A DNA stretch of 64,000 nt, taken from positions 8,263-72,262 of the forward strand of contig JAQTSY010000002.1 of NCBI GenBank assembly GCA_028711065.1. The letters are read 5' to 3'. Positions 9,261 to 20,329 of this stretch are shown here, piece after piece (position 1 is the first letter of the stretch; each line of letters starts with the position of its first letter). The notes under the pieces were generated by a model, which saw only the letters and a program-made list of their open reading frames with translations, was not told the origin of the DNA and ran no database searches. The DNA comes from Minisyncoccota bacterium (GTDB taxonomy: Bacteria > Patescibacteriota > Minisyncoccia > Phycocordibacterales > JAQTLZ01). The position numbers and the translations under genes are program-made.

Positions 9261-9839
9261 ATGAAAAAAACTGAAATCAAAAAGAAATCATCCGTAAAGG
9301 TAAAAGCGAAAAATCCTTCGCAAGCTGTAAAGAAAAATGCAAAGATTCCTGCGAATCCTAAGGTGCAAAAATTTTCACCCGCGGTCACGCATGTTTGGTC
9401 AATCCTTTGCCGTTCTTCCAATATTGACCCGCAGACCAATAACATAAGCCTCTCGAATGTGATTGAGAGAGTTACTCTGAAAAGAGATCCAAAATTGGTC
9501 CAATATGATGGGGGACTTTCTTCGGAGATAAAACCGGATGTTGTGATTGGTATTCCACTTGAAATTGTTTCTCTTTGGAGAAGGGATGTTTCCGGAGTGG
9601 AACTTAAAGCAGATGTCGCGGTCGATTTGTACGGTCCGAGTGGCGAAGTGATAAATACTTTTCCCTATAATTTTGAGATGAAAAACGAACATCGTCGTAT
9701 CCGCACCCGATTGCTTTTCGGTGAGATTCACACGAAGGGCGGAGGCGATCATTTCCTTGTTGTAAAAGTAAAAGAAATGGGCGAGCAGGATTTTCGTCCA
9801 GTCGCCCACATTCCTCTTGAAGTAGTTGTTCAGCAGTAA
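9261..9839 (+). CDS. hypothetical protein with Lys-rich N-terminus
   Basis: 192 aa ORF, no known motif. Confidence 0.5.
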   Translation: MKKTEIKKKSSVKVKAKNPSQAVKKNAKIPANPKVQKFSPAVTHVWSILCRSSNIDPQTNNISLSNVIERVTLKRDPKLVQYDGGLSSEIKPDVVIGIPLEIVSLWRRDVSGVELKADVAVDLYGPSGEVINTFPYNFEMKNEHRRIRTRLLFGEIHTKGGGDHFLVVKVKEMGEQDFRPVAHIPLEVVVQQ

Positions 9840-9870
9840 CTTTAATTTAAATCCGGTATACTTTTAACAT

Positions 9871-10677
9871 ATGAAAAACTTACAAAAAGGTTTCGTAGTC
9901 CCACTTTTAATAGCATTTATCGCGTTGTTGGCGATTGGCGGAGGTATTTATCTTTATTCAAAAAATACTAAAAATACTAATTCTTTGACGGTGAATACTG
10001 CACCTGAAAATAGTCCGAGTGGGGTATCTTCAAATACTACACCCAGCTCACTTGTTTCAGGTAATGCGATAAGTGATTACATTTTCAGCAATACAAAGCC
10101 ACAAAATCTAGTTGAGGTAAGATTATCCCACCATTCCATAGATATTGAGTCACCCTGGGGTTTAGAGAAAAGCTATAGAGGAAGCAGGGATAGTCTTGGC
10201 CAGTATACTTTCGTAAATGGTATAAAGATGACTGTGACTTTAAACAAACTTAGTCCGCAAGATGAACTCAAACAATCAGATTTTTCTCCCACTGAACTGG
10301 CTCAATTCAATTCGCTCTTCCAGTTCATAGGTTCTAAAATTGAGCCAAATTTTTCCAGTTATGAATTTCAAAAATTTTTACACGGGACAAATCAGCAGGT
10401 AATTGATGAAGCCACAACACAAGAAGATAAAACTGGGTATTCAAAAGTTTTAGTTCTGAAAAACATCACAGCTTTTTTTGGTTCTAGTACTCCTGTGTAT
10501 CAATTTGCAAATAAAAATGGAAAGGGATTTGTGTATGTGAAGTCGGACACGACTGTCCCAAGCGGTGTAGATTTTTGGGGTCCAAATGGGTGGAGATATA
10601 CTTTTATGCTTCCAGCAAAACAAAATATATCAAAAGGAGATGTTGATGCTTTGATTCAATCGATCAAGAGTCTTTAA
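9871..10677 (+). CDS. membrane-anchored hypothetical protein
   Basis: N-terminal TM anchor GFVVPLLIAFIALLAIGGGIYLY. Confidence 0.55.
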   Translation: MKNLQKGFVVPLLIAFIALLAIGGGIYLYSKNTKNTNSLTVNTAPENSPSGVSSNTTPSSLVSGNAISDYIFSNTKPQNLVEVRLSHHSIDIESPWGLEKSYRGSRDSLGQYTFVNGIKMTVTLNKLSPQDELKQSDFSPTELAQFNSLFQFIGSKIEPNFSSYEFQKFLHGTNQQVIDEATTQEDKTGYSKVLVLKNITAFFGSSTPVYQFANKNGKGFVYVKSDTTVPSGVDFWGPNGWRYTFMLPAKQNISKGDVDALIQSIKSL

Positions 10678-10691
10678 TATAAATATAGAAA

Positions 10692-11756
10692 CTATTTCTT
10701 CTCCTCGTCTTCGAGAAATGCGATGACTTTTTCGTTCATGAGGAGCATTGTCACATAGGCTCGGACTCGTTCCGGCTCGACATGCTGATAGTGTTCCATG
10801 AGAGCTTTTGATTCCTCATCAACCTCCTCTTTTGTTGGAATAATTTTTTCTTTGCGAGCAATTTCACTCAAGATGAGTTCTGTCTTCGCGTGATTTTCCG
10901 CACTCGGCCTCCATTCTTTTGCGATTCCCTCTTCTGTTTTCTTGATGTGTTTCAGATAATCGGGGAATGAAAGTCCTGCATGAGCGAGCTCGTCTTCAAA
11001 TCGCGCTTTCATCCGGTCGAGCTCACTTTTGACGAGAATTTCCGGCAAGTCAATTTTTGTGTTTTCAAGGAGAGCGTCGATGATCTGTGATCGGCGCTTG
11101 TCTTTTGCTTTCTGTTTTTTCTCCTCTTCGAGATTCTTTTTCGCTTTTGCTCTGAAGTCTGCAACATTTTCGAACTCGCCGAGTTTCTTTACAAATTCGT
11201 CATTGAATTCTGGCAAAGTGTGCTCGTGTTTTGAATGGTCTTCGGTTTCTCCTTCTTTGTGAGTGCCGTTCCCGTGTTTCATATGGAGTTTGCGGACCTC
11301 CTCGATGACGTCATCAATATCTTTTTCAGTAACTTCAATCTTATCCTCCTTCTTTTTCATCTCCTTGTCGGCAATCTTTTTGTAGTCGCCTATGACAATT
11401 TCTGGAATGACAGTTGCTTTGATCTTGAAACCAGCATCAGAGCCTGGAGCAATTTTGGTGAGGATAACTTCTGGTTTGCCAATGACTTCAAGTTTGTGTT
11501 CATCAACGATACTGACATATTCATGCTGGAGAGCGATTTCCGCCGCTTCTTCAAGAATGGAAACTTCACCAAGCTTTGAAACGAGGACGGTTTCTGGTAC
11601 ATGTCCTTGTCTGAAGCCGTCGAGTTTTATGTTTTTACTCAAATCTGCGAGCGCCTCCTTTCTGTGGATTAGGAGTACTTCAGCAGGGATTTCTCCCTCA
11701 ATCTCCACTATCGAGTGGGGAAGTTTGGTGATTTTTATATTTTTCGTATGTGTCAT
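10692..11756 (-). CDS. tig: trigger factor (short form, apparently lacking the PPIase domain)
   Basis: Ribosome-binding signature GFRQGHVP; domain layout of TF N- and C-terminal regions; 354 aa versus ~430 typical. Confidence 0.7.
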   Translation of the reverse strand: MTHTKNIKITKLPHSIVEIEGEIPAEVLLIHRKEALADLSKNIKLDGFRQGHVPETVLVSKLGEVSILEEAAEIALQHEYVSIVDEHKLEVIGKPEVILTKIAPGSDAGFKIKATVIPEIVIGDYKKIADKEMKKKEDKIEVTEKDIDDVIEEVRKLHMKHGNGTHKEGETEDHSKHEHTLPEFNDEFVKKLGEFENVADFRAKAKKNLEEEKKQKAKDKRRSQIIDALLENTKIDLPEILVKSELDRMKARFEDELAHAGLSFPDYLKHIKKTEEGIAKEWRPSAENHAKTELILSEIARKEKIIPTKEEVDEESKALMEHYQHVEPERVRAYVTMLLMNEKVIAFLEDEEKK

Positions 11757-11818
11757 AGTTCGCTAGTGTAGCCGTTAATTTGGATTTTGTCGAATCCCGT
11801 AGTAAGATTCTTGTCTAT

Positions 11819-13189
11819 ATGGAAAGGATTGAGAATTTTCTCTCTCGGCACGGATGGATCACGCTTCTCGTGCTTAGTCTCGTGAGCCACTTCACGCTTT
11901 TCGGCTATCCGAAAGAAGTTGTGTTCGACGAGGTGCATTTTGGAAAGTTCGCGACGGATTATTTCACCGGAAATTTCTTTTTTGATCTTCATCCTCCTTT
12001 GGCGAAGCTCCTCATCACTTTTTTTGGCTGGATCGGGGGTTATCAGCCGGGTTTTAGTTTCGCATCGATCGGCCAGAATTTTCCCGATTCAAGTTATCTG
12101 TGGCTCCGACTCTTGCCTGTCATTGCTGGAGTGCTTTTGCCGATCATCATTTATTTTCTCTGTCTCAAACTACACTTTTCTAAAACAGCCTCATTCGTCG
12201 CGGGACTTCTCATTATCCTAGAAAATTCGCTCTTGGTTCAGTCTCGATTTATTCTTCTCGACAGCTTACTCTTGCTTTTTGGGTTCGGCGGGATTTTGCT
12301 ATCGATCATTGCTCGGGAGAGAAAACTTATGTGGCTTTCCTTTCTTTCCGGAGCCAGCCTTGCCTGCGCCTTTTCCATAAAATGGACTGGACTTTCTTTT
12401 CTCGGCTTGGTAATTCTTTGGGAGCTCTGGAACGGAATTCGAAATAAAGTTTCACTTAAGGGGTTGATAATCAAGGTGGTTTCTTTTTGCATCATTCCGG
12501 TACTTCTCTATATGGCTATTTTTGAAGTTCATTTTCTTCTTCTGCCGAAATCCGGCACGGGAGATGCTTTCTTGACTACGGCTTTTCAGGGGACACTTGC
12601 CGGAAGTCAATATGCAGGAAAAGAACCTGCGCCCAGTTTTATTTCAAAGTTTCTTGAGCTCAACAAGGTGATGTATACAGCCAATTCTCCGTCTCTCACG
12701 CACCCTTACGGAAGCAAGTGGTGGACGTGGCCCCTCATGCTTCGCCCTATCTATTATTGGAACCACGCGGGAGATGTTCCCGGCACTGAAGCAAAAATTT
12801 ATCTCATCGGGAATCCAGTTTTGTATTGGGGAGGGCTTTTATCTGTATGGCTTTTGTTTTGTTCCGTCCTGCTTCATTTTAGGAAATACAAGCCGAAGCT
12901 TGAAATTATGGCTTTTCTTTCTGTTGGATACCTTGTAAATCTTTTGCCGTTTATGTTTATCGCCAGAGTGATGTTTTTATATCACTATTTTACAGCGCTT
13001 ATCTTCTCAATTCTCATTATGGTATTTCTCATTGATTCGATCGAAAATCGCAAGACAAGATATACCCTTTTCATTCTTCTCGTCGCACTGTCACTTGTCC
13101 TTTTTCTCTTTTTTGTACCACTCACTTATGGCATTCCACTTTCGGAACATGGGCAAGCGCTTCGCTTCTGGTTTAATTCATGGAGATGA
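11819..13189 (+). CDS. protein O-mannosyltransferase-like glycosyltransferase (PMT / GT39 family)
   Basis: Multi-TM; loop-1 motif DEVHFGKFATDYFTGNFFFDLHPPLAKLLI typical of PMT/GT-C. Alternative start at 11780. Confidence 0.8.
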   Translation: MERIENFLSRHGWITLLVLSLVSHFTLFGYPKEVVFDEVHFGKFATDYFTGNFFFDLHPPLAKLLITFFGWIGGYQPGFSFASIGQNFPDSSYLWLRLLPVIAGVLLPIIIYFLCLKLHFSKTASFVAGLLIILENSLLVQSRFILLDSLLLLFGFGGILLSIIARERKLMWLSFLSGASLACAFSIKWTGLSFLGLVILWELWNGIRNKVSLKGLIIKVVSFCIIPVLLYMAIFEVHFLLLPKSGTGDAFLTTAFQGTLAGSQYAGKEPAPSFISKFLELNKVMYTANSPSLTHPYGSKWWTWPLMLRPIYYWNHAGDVPGTEAKIYLIGNPVLYWGGLLSVWLLFCSVLLHFRKYKPKLEIMAFLSVGYLVNLLPFMFIARVMFLYHYFTALIFSILIMVFLIDSIENRKTRYTLFILLVALSLVLFLFFVPLTYGIPLSEHGQALRFWFNSWR

Positions 13190-13229
13190 AAAAATCCCGC
13201 GGAAGCGGAATTTTTTCATCTCCAATTTC

Positions 13230-13427
13230 TTAATTGATTCCCAAGCTCCCGTTTTGGATATAGTTTTGTCGCTCTTTAATTTTTGCTCGAAGGTATAAGA
13301 TTCCCCCGACAAGAATAATGATGAGAATGATAATAATCCCGATCATTCCGCCGATGGCTTTCTTTTTTGGTTTCGGGGTGTCCGTTTGTGGGTTTTGCGT
13401 TTCTTCCATAATTTTATTCGTCTTCAT
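13230..13427 (-). CDS. small single-TM membrane protein
   Basis: 65 aa, hydrophobic core GGMIGIIIILIIILVGGILYL. Start placed after the hppA terminator hairpin. Confidence 0.35.
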   Translation of the reverse strand: MKTNKIMEETQNPQTDTPKPKKKAIGGMIGIIIILIIILVGGILYLRAKIKERQNYIQNGSLGIN

Positions 13428-13436
13428 TCTACACAA

Positions 13437-13473
13437 AACCGCGACTGGTGAACAGTCGCGGTTTTGTACCAAA
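13437..13473 (-). terminator. Hairpin acaaaaccgcgactg-ttcac-cagtcgcggttttgt downstream of hppA
   Basis: 15-bp perfect stem immediately after hppA stop. Confidence 0.55.
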
Positions 13474-13486
13474 TCTTTTAATAAGA

Positions 13487-15493
13487 TTATTTCAAAAACA
13501 TTTTTACGAGAATCGGAACGATAATGAGAGCGACGATGTTTAGGATCTTGATCATCGGGTTGATTGCTGGACCAGCAGTATCTTTATATGGATCTCCCAC
13601 GGTATCACCAGTGACAGCGGCCTTGTGAGCGTCTCCTCCTTTGCCTCCGTAATTTCCTTTTTCAATGTATTTCTTCGCATTGTCCCATGCTCCACCGCCG
13701 GAAGTCATTGAGATTGCCACGAAAAGTCCAGTGATGATTGAGCCGACGAGAAGTCCTCCGAGAGCGATAGGGCCGAAGATAAATCCGACAAGAATTGGGA
13801 CGATAACTGGGATAAGAGCCGGAATAATCATCTGCTTGATTGCCGCTTTGGTTACGATATCAACACATCGTGCGTAATCCGGTTTCGCTTTTCCTTCCAT
13901 AATTCCTTTTATTTCTCTGAATTGTCTTCGTACCTCTGTGACAACTTCTCCCGCAGTTTTACCGACCGCTTCCATAGAAAGCGCAGCAAAATAATAAGGA
14001 AGCAGTCCTCCGATAAAGAGACCGATGATGACCTGCGGATTTCCAAGATCAAAGAAAAGTCTGTGTCCGAGATTTATGAATTCTTGCGTATATGATGCAA
14101 ACAAAACGAGAGCCGCAAGTCCCGCAGAACCGATGGCGTAGCCTTTTGTCACTGCTTTTGTAGTGTTTCCAACTGCGTCGAGTGCATCGGTGATCTCGCG
14201 AACATTTTCTGGAAGCTCTGCCATTTCTGCAATTCCGCCGGCGTTATCAGTAATCGGTCCGTATGAATCGATTGCGACAATAATTCCTGCCATTGAAAGC
14301 ATGCTCATTGTTGCAATAGCAATTCCATAAAGTTCTGCGAAATGATACGCAAGCAAAATTCCTCCGACAATTGTGAGAAGCGGGAACAGAGTTGATTTCA
14401 TCGAAACAGCAAGGCCTTGGATCACATTCGTACCATGCCCCGAAACACTTGCCTTCGCGATCGATTGCACAGGAGCGTATTTTGTCGAAGTGTAATATTC
14501 GGTAATCACGACAAGCAGCGCTGTAACAACAAGTCCGACGAGAGATGCAAGATAGAGATTGGTTGTACCATAGCTAGTTCCTGCCATGAGCATTTTTGTC
14601 GCAGGATAAAATGCAATTGCGGAGATTACTCCGGAAGCAATGAGTCCTTTGTAGAGAGCTCCCATAATGTTTCCTGATTTTCCGAGGCGTACGAAAAAGG
14701 TTCCGATGATGGAAGCGATGATCGCAATTCCGCCAAGAACAAGCGGATAGATGATTGCGTTTTGAAAATTATCGAAAATAAGAGAGCCAAGAAGAATCGT
14801 CGCGACTGAAGTGACAGCGTATGTTTCGAAAAGGTCAGCTGCCATTCCCGCACAATCTCCGACATTGTCTCCAACATTGTCCGCGATCACTCCGGGATTT
14901 CGAGGGTCATCTTCTGGAATCCCTGCTTCAATTTTTCCAACAAGATCAGCTCCGACATCTGCTGCTTTGGTAAAGATTCCTCCTCCAAGTCGAGCGAAAA
15001 CAGAAATAAGAGATGCTCCGAATCCAAATCCGATAAGCGCTTTTACGTCATGAGTGAGCGCATAAAATCCAGCGACTCCAAGAAGTGCGAGTCCGACAAC
15101 AAGAAGTCCTGTGACAGAACCTCCCTGAAAAGCGAGCTTAAGCGCCTCTTTCAGTCCTTTCTTTGCAGCTTCTGCGGTTCGTACATTCGCTCGGACAGAA
15201 ACATTCATTCCGACATACCCCGCTGCTCCAGAAAGAATCGCTCCGACAAGAAAAGCCAGAGCTGTATTTACACCAGTAACAAAAAGAAGGACGATAAAAA
15301 GAATGATCGCGATAATGCCGATAGTTCGGTACTGTCTATTAAGGTACGCTTTCGCGCCATCCTGGATCGCCTTTGCAATTTCCTGCATTCGAGCGTCTCC
15401 AGCATCCTTTTTAAGAATGGAGCGGATAAGAATAAATCCGTAAAGAAGGGCAAGCACTGCACTACCGAGAGCAAACCATAGATATGAACTCAT
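13487..15493 (-). CDS. hppA: membrane-bound H+/Na+-translocating pyrophosphatase
   Basis: 668 aa polytopic; signature motifs [22 protein letters not shown] and [22 protein letters not shown]. Confidence 0.95.
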   Translation of the reverse strand: MSSYLWFALGSAVLALLYGFILIRSILKKDAGDARMQEIAKAIQDGAKAYLNRQYRTIGIIAIILFIVLLFVTGVNTALAFLVGAILSGAAGYVGMNVSVRANVRTAEAAKKGLKEALKLAFQGGSVTGLLVVGLALLGVAGFYALTHDVKALIGFGFGASLISVFARLGGGIFTKAADVGADLVGKIEAGIPEDDPRNPGVIADNVGDNVGDCAGMAADLFETYAVTSVATILLGSLIFDNFQNAIIYPLVLGGIAIIASIIGTFFVRLGKSGNIMGALYKGLIASGVISAIAFYPATKMLMAGTSYGTTNLYLASLVGLVVTALLVVITEYYTSTKYAPVQSIAKASVSGHGTNVIQGLAVSMKSTLFPLLTIVGGILLAYHFAELYGIAIATMSMLSMAGIIVAIDSYGPITDNAGGIAEMAELPENVREITDALDAVGNTTKAVTKGYAIGSAGLAALVLFASYTQEFINLGHRLFFDLGNPQVIIGLFIGGLLPYYFAALSMEAVGKTAGEVVTEVRRQFREIKGIMEGKAKPDYARCVDIVTKAAIKQMIIPALIPVIVPILVGFIFGPIALGGLLVGSIITGLFVAISMTSGGGAWDNAKKYIEKGNYGGKGGDAHKAAVTGDTVGDPYKDTAGPAINPMIKILNIVALIIVPILVKMFLK

Positions 15494-15533
15494 AGAATTA
15501 AATTGCTAATTATTAATTTCTAAAAAATAATGC

Positions 15534-16685
15534 TTATGATTTTACTACTTCCGGCTCCGCTTCCGCAATAGATTCGCCTTTTGCTGATTGGATATCAATT
15601 TTCCATCCAGTAAGTTTTGCGGCGAGGCGGACATTTTGTCCTCCCTTTCCGATAGCGAGCGATTGCTGGTCGGACGCAACTTCGACTATCGCTTTTCTTT
15701 CTTTCTCATCAATTTGCACTTTCAAAATTTTTGCAGGAGAAAGCGCGTCTTCGATAAATCTCTTTGGATCAGCTGACCATTCAATGATGTCTATTTTTTC
15801 TCCGCCGAGTTCACTCATGACAGTAGAGACCCGCACTCCTCGTTGTCCCACAAGTGATCCAACAGGATCAACATGTTCGTCTTTTGAAGAGACGGCAATT
15901 TTGGTTCGTGAGCCTGCTTCTCGGGCAACCGCTTTTACTTCCACCGTTCCATTTGCGATCTCCGGCGCTTCGACAGCAAAAAGCTTTTCCAAGAATTTCG
16001 GATGCGCGCGAGAAATGCGAAGGAATACTCCTTTAGTATTGTCTTCTACTTTATAAAGATAACCTCGCACTCGCTCGCCTTGCTGGTAGCGTTCTCCGGG
16101 AATTTGCTCTTCGTATGGCAAAACTGCAGTCGTTCGTCCCATATCAATAAAGATATTTCCTCGCTCCACTCTCTGCACTGTTCCAGAGACGATTTCTCCT
16201 TCGCGCTTTCCGTATTCAGCCAACACTCCAGTTTTTTCTGCTTCGCGGATTTTCTGAATGATAACTTGTTTCGCAGTCTGCGCAGAAATTCGTCCGTAAT
16301 CATCTTTTGATTCAAGCGGGAAGACAATTTCTTCTTCGACTTGCGCGTCTTTTTTTATTTTCTTCGCGTCAGCAAGAAGGATGTGATGTTCAGGATTGAA
16401 TCGGATTCGGTCATCTTCGACTCCTTCTTCCACTTTTGATTCCCCCTCCTCTTCTTCAGGGAAAATAACTTTTTCCGGATCGACAACAATTTTTACTTGC
16501 AAAAATTCTACTTTTCCGCTGTTCAAATCAAATTTTGCGCGGACAATCTGTCCTTTTTTTCCGTACTCTTTTTTGTACGCGGTTGCCAAAGCGACCTCGA
16601 TCGCTTCGATGAGTTTATCTTTCGGAATACCGCGCTCTTCACCGAGCTGGTCAATGACTGAATTTATAATCTTTAAATCAAACAT
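15534..16685 (-). CDS. nusA: transcription termination/antitermination factor NusA
   Basis: N-terminal domain, S1 domain, two KH domains (AIGKGGQNVRLAAKLTGWKIDI). Confidence 0.93.
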   Translation of the reverse strand: MFDLKIINSVIDQLGEERGIPKDKLIEAIEVALATAYKKEYGKKGQIVRAKFDLNSGKVEFLQVKIVVDPEKVIFPEEEEGESKVEEGVEDDRIRFNPEHHILLADAKKIKKDAQVEEEIVFPLESKDDYGRISAQTAKQVIIQKIREAEKTGVLAEYGKREGEIVSGTVQRVERGNIFIDMGRTTAVLPYEEQIPGERYQQGERVRGYLYKVEDNTKGVFLRISRAHPKFLEKLFAVEAPEIANGTVEVKAVAREAGSRTKIAVSSKDEHVDPVGSLVGQRGVRVSTVMSELGGEKIDIIEWSADPKRFIEDALSPAKILKVQIDEKERKAIVEVASDQQSLAIGKGGQNVRLAAKLTGWKIDIQSAKGESIAEAEPEVVKS

Positions 16686-16763
16686 AGTTTTTCCTTCTAA
16701 ATTGATAATTTCTTTCTTTTTTACCCTTTTGGGTAAAAAAGAAGCCCGCCGGAAGGCGAACTG

Positions 16764-16772
16764 TTATCCACA
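16764..16772. promoter_or_regulatory. DnaA-box-identical site TTATCCACA (10-mer gTTATCCACA) upstream of giant secreted-protein gene
   Basis: Exact 9-mer, 46 nt upstream of ATG 16818. Confidence 0.45.
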
Positions 16773-16817
16773 GTATACATCCTGTATCTGCCATCTGTCA
16801 AATGCCCTATGGTATAA

Positions 16818-19800
16818 TTGAGGGAAATGATTTTTTCTAAGAAGTCTCTTTTGGTGAAATCGTCTCTTTTCGTTTTTTTCCTTGCAGGGCTTTTTTTCGT
16901 CTCGCCGAATGTGAGTCATGCCACTTGTAATCCAGCTCTTTGGCCAAATTATACTAGGACTTGGATAGGTCCAGCCACTGGTGTGTGGTCTGATGGTAAT
17001 AATTGGAGCGCTATTACCCCGAGATCTGGCTGTCGAGCACTTTTGAATGGCGATAGTGTTATCATTCCGAGCGGAGGAGGTGTAGTTGATGATTTGATCG
17101 CGGGTGTAGCGCTTAGGGATGTGACGATAAGTGGAGGTTCCGTGAGAGATGACTATGGATTTGGAGTTACCGGTACCCTCACCATGAATGCTGGTACTGG
17201 TATTACCTTCATTTATTCGGATTATGGTGGTCTCAATATTTCTGGAAATGCTGTCATTAACGGAAGCTTTAGCAACTGCGCCTCTATAGCTTGTATTAGT
17301 GCCGCAAGAGTTTCTTTTACCGGTAGTGGCAAAACTCTAAGCGGAACATCGATATTGCCGGGGACTTGGCTGTCAGGCAGTTACACTATTTCTTCTGGTT
17401 CTAATTTTACTTTTGGTGGCGCGGCGTATGCAACTCGATTAGACTCGCTTAATCCCGATTCTCTTGGGGGAACCTGGATAAATAACGGAACCGTCACGGC
17501 TTCTTTCCCTTCTGGAGGTGGAACTTGGACTCAAGGAGCATCTGGCATCCTCAATACCTGTGGTATTCCTACCGCCACTCTAAATGCTGTCGCGCAAGGA
17601 AATATCGTCAATTATATCGGTTCGTGCACAGTAAAACCGACAAGTTATAGCATCTTGAAAATAAATGGTGTTGGCTCGTTAAGCGGAGCAACCTCTCTCC
17701 AAAAACTCTTTATTGGAGACCAAACTGCAAACTCTTCATTTCTTGATAACGGTTGGCCTATCACTCTTCTTTCAACCACCCTTTCCGCTCCCCGTCTCAC
17801 GATGAACCAAGCAAGTACGTATGGAGTCGATGCTCCTGCGATGGCATCATATGGAACGTATACGTTAGATCTCGGCACAACAGTAGCGTATAGATCGAAT
17901 AGCGCGCAAACAATTGCGACTATTCCTTCTCCTGGATTCGCTAATCTTTCTCTCTTTGGTGGGGGAGTGAAAACCGCGCCAGGGAATCTTACGGTCAGAG
18001 GAAATTTTCTCAACAGCGCGGGGGTTACCTATGATCCAACTGCTTCGAACTATAACTTAACTGTTGGTGGCAACTTTACCAATGCCGGCACGTTCATCAC
18101 TCGTTCTCCCTGGCTTCTTACGCTTAATCCTATCAACGTAGCCGTTTCAGTTCTTTTGAATGCCCCGACAGCTTTGAGCAGTCTCATGCTTTCTCCGACT
18201 GGCACTACGACAAGGCAGTTTAATTTCACGAGCTCGAATCCGAACGCTCTTACTGTCCCGGGTACCTTTACCGCAAATGGAGCTTCCGGTGCTCTTATAT
18301 CTTTGCGCTCGGTCACTAACGGCACGCAATGGTTTATTAATCCTAACTTTGCCACAACGAGCGTGAGTTATCTGGATGTAAAAGATGGGGGATGTACGAG
18401 TAATTCGCCGCTTATTAATCCTGCGAATTCCAATGACACAGCTAATAACGGCCTTTGTTGGTTCCCTGCAACTATAACTGTCTCGCCCCCGTCACTTATT
18501 ACTACAGAAGGCGCAGCGAATCAGACTTTCACAATAACACTTTCCAAAACTTCTACAACGACTGTCACTATTCCTATTTCAATTATCGCCACTCCGCCAG
18601 CCACGACTCCTCCATCACCGGCTCGAATAACATTACCAGTCATTAATGTCGTCATTCCCGCTGGCTCCCTCACAGCAACCACCACCGTGACGACGGTAGA
18701 CGATGCAATAAATAACGATACCGAGTATTCCACAATCAAGCTAAGTCCTGCATCGGTCGGAAGCGGAATTTTTACTGGTATTGATCCATCTGATATTCCA
18801 GTAACAAGCATCGATAATGATATCGGTTCTACCACAAATGGCACAGCAGGAAATGTGACCGGCTGGGCATGGGGAGGGGATGGGCCGAATGCCGCCGATT
18901 ACACCACTGCCGGAGGAGCCGGTCGCATCAGTATGAATTGTAGGACCGGCGGAACGGATGGTAGTACAAATCCTGTAGATAACATAGTGAATAGTGTTTG
19001 TGGAGCTCATGACTATGGGGTGAATGTGGCTCCATCGGGCAAAGCTGGCCAATATGTCTTTTCAGGTTATGCTTGGAGTGATAATTTTGGATGGTTGAGT
19101 TTCAATGCGGCTGATGTTGCCGGATGCCCTGTTCCTCTCGCATCACCCCTTCCTCCTTGCCAAGGGAATCTGGACAATCTACAAAGTTCACCGACAAGGA
19201 ATAAAGTGACCGGCTGGGCGAGATTTTTATCCAGGGATAATGGCTGGGACGGTTGGGTTGAGCTCTCGGGGACTAATCACGCCTCGCCCGATACCACAGG
19301 CAATAACGGAGTTACGTATACGCTTACAAAGTTCGTCGGGTATGGATGGGGAGGAGACCCTACAGGAGGAGGAATAGGTTGGATTCAATTTTATGATGTG
19401 CATTTACCACCAGCTCCTGGATTCTCTTGTCAAAGCGTTCAACAAGGAACGACTCTCAAGGCTGACTTTACTTGTTCTGTGTCAGGAGGCAGTGGCTACG
19501 ATAGCTGTACTTGGAATTTTGGAGATAGCTCTACTGGAACCAGTTCAGCAACTTCAACAATCACTCACACTTACGCTTCTACAGGTACCTATTCATCCAG
19601 TGTTTCTATCAATGACTCAGGTTCGGGTATAACTGGTACTGCAAATTGCCCAGTAACAATTTCTCCCCCACTTCCAATTGGTCTCGACAGTTGTGCTCCA
19701 GATGATACGACACCTCTCTTAAATAGTGTCGTGACTTGGACAGCCTATGGCGCCCATGGTGGGGATGGCACGTATTCCTACTCATGGGGAGGTGATGATG

Positions 19801-20309
19801 GGTTTTCTGCTCCTTCTAGTCCTATTGCATCTACTACATGGAAATACACGTCACTTGGTCCTAAGAATGCTCATGTGATAGTTTCAAGTGGTGGCGCAAC
19901 TCCTTTCACGAGGAATTGTACTCCTGCTACTGTAGTGCAGGCTTTTGACCCTGCTACCAGCAAATGTTCACTTCTTAGAGCGGGCAATCTTTTTAGTGTG
20001 CCAAAAATTAACGATTCTTTTAATTGGAAGGTGACTGCTACTCCGGACTCTACTGTCGCGGGAGCAAAATGCGATTACGTCTGGTCTTCCAGTAACTCTG
20101 ATATGACGGGAACTTTGGGAAGCGGAAGCAGTCCGACATGTGCCGCTCTTTCTCCTGTCATAAGCGGTGCCGTCTCCTATTCCGCTTCGGGCACAAAGAG
20201 TGTCAATTTGCAGATTACCGCGGGAGCCGGGACGCCGACTTCGACGGTAAGTAATATTCCTTGTTCTTGGATTGTCATTGATCCAAACTTTCATCCAAAG
20301 GACAAGTAA
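16818..20309 (+). CDS. giant secreted protein (1163 aa) with PKD-like domains
   Basis: Signal peptide LFVFFLAGLFFVSPNVSHA; PKD-like segments (FTCSVSGGSGYDSCTWNFGDSSTG...HTYASTGTYSSSVSINDSG; WTAYGAHGGDGTYSYSWGGDDG). Confidence 0.7.
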   Translation: MREMIFSKKSLLVKSSLFVFFLAGLFFVSPNVSHATCNPALWPNYTRTWIGPATGVWSDGNNWSAITPRSGCRALLNGDSVIIPSGGGVVDDLIAGVALRDVTISGGSVRDDYGFGVTGTLTMNAGTGITFIYSDYGGLNISGNAVINGSFSNCASIACISAARVSFTGSGKTLSGTSILPGTWLSGSYTISSGSNFTFGGAAYATRLDSLNPDSLGGTWINNGTVTASFPSGGGTWTQGASGILNTCGIPTATLNAVAQGNIVNYIGSCTVKPTSYSILKINGVGSLSGATSLQKLFIGDQTANSSFLDNGWPITLLSTTLSAPRLTMNQASTYGVDAPAMASYGTYTLDLGTTVAYRSNSAQTIATIPSPGFANLSLFGGGVKTAPGNLTVRGNFLNSAGVTYDPTASNYNLTVGGNFTNAGTFITRSPWLLTLNPINVAVSVLLNAPTALSSLMLSPTGTTTRQFNFTSSNPNALTVPGTFTANGASGALISLRSVTNGTQWFINPNFATTSVSYLDVKDGGCTSNSPLINPANSNDTANNGLCWFPATITVSPPSLITTEGAANQTFTITLSKTSTTTVTIPISIIATPPATTPPSPARITLPVINVVIPAGSLTATTTVTTVDDAINNDTEYSTIKLSPASVGSGIFTGIDPSDIPVTSIDNDIGSTTNGTAGNVTGWAWGGDGPNAADYTTAGGAGRISMNCRTGGTDGSTNPVDNIVNSVCGAHDYGVNVAPSGKAGQYVFSGYAWSDNFGWLSFNAADVAGCPVPLASPLPPCQGNLDNLQSSPTRNKVTGWARFLSRDNGWDGWVELSGTNHASPDTTGNNGVTYTLTKFVGYGWGGDPTGGGIGWIQFYDVHLPPAPGFSCQSVQQGTTLKADFTCSVSGGSGYDSCTWNFGDSSTGTSSATSTITHTYASTGTYSSSVSINDSGSGITGTANCPVTISPPLPIGLDSCAPDDTTPLLNSVVTWTAYGAHGGDGTYSYSWGGDDGFSAPSSPIASTTWKYTSLGPKNAHVIVSSGGATPFTRNCTPATVVQAFDPATSKCSLLRAGNLFSVPKINDSFNWKVTATPDSTVAGAKCDYVWSSSNSDMTGTLGSGSSPTCAALSPVISGAVSYSASGTKSVNLQITAGAGTPTSTVSNIPCSWIVIDPNFHPKDK

Positions 20310-20329
20310 AAAGTGTATAATAATTTAGT

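Noticed and set aside
17645-19052. Several 100-120-aa minus-strand ORFs inside giant gene 16818-20309
   Set aside because: Antisense shadows of a long GC-moderate coding region; no start or SD context.
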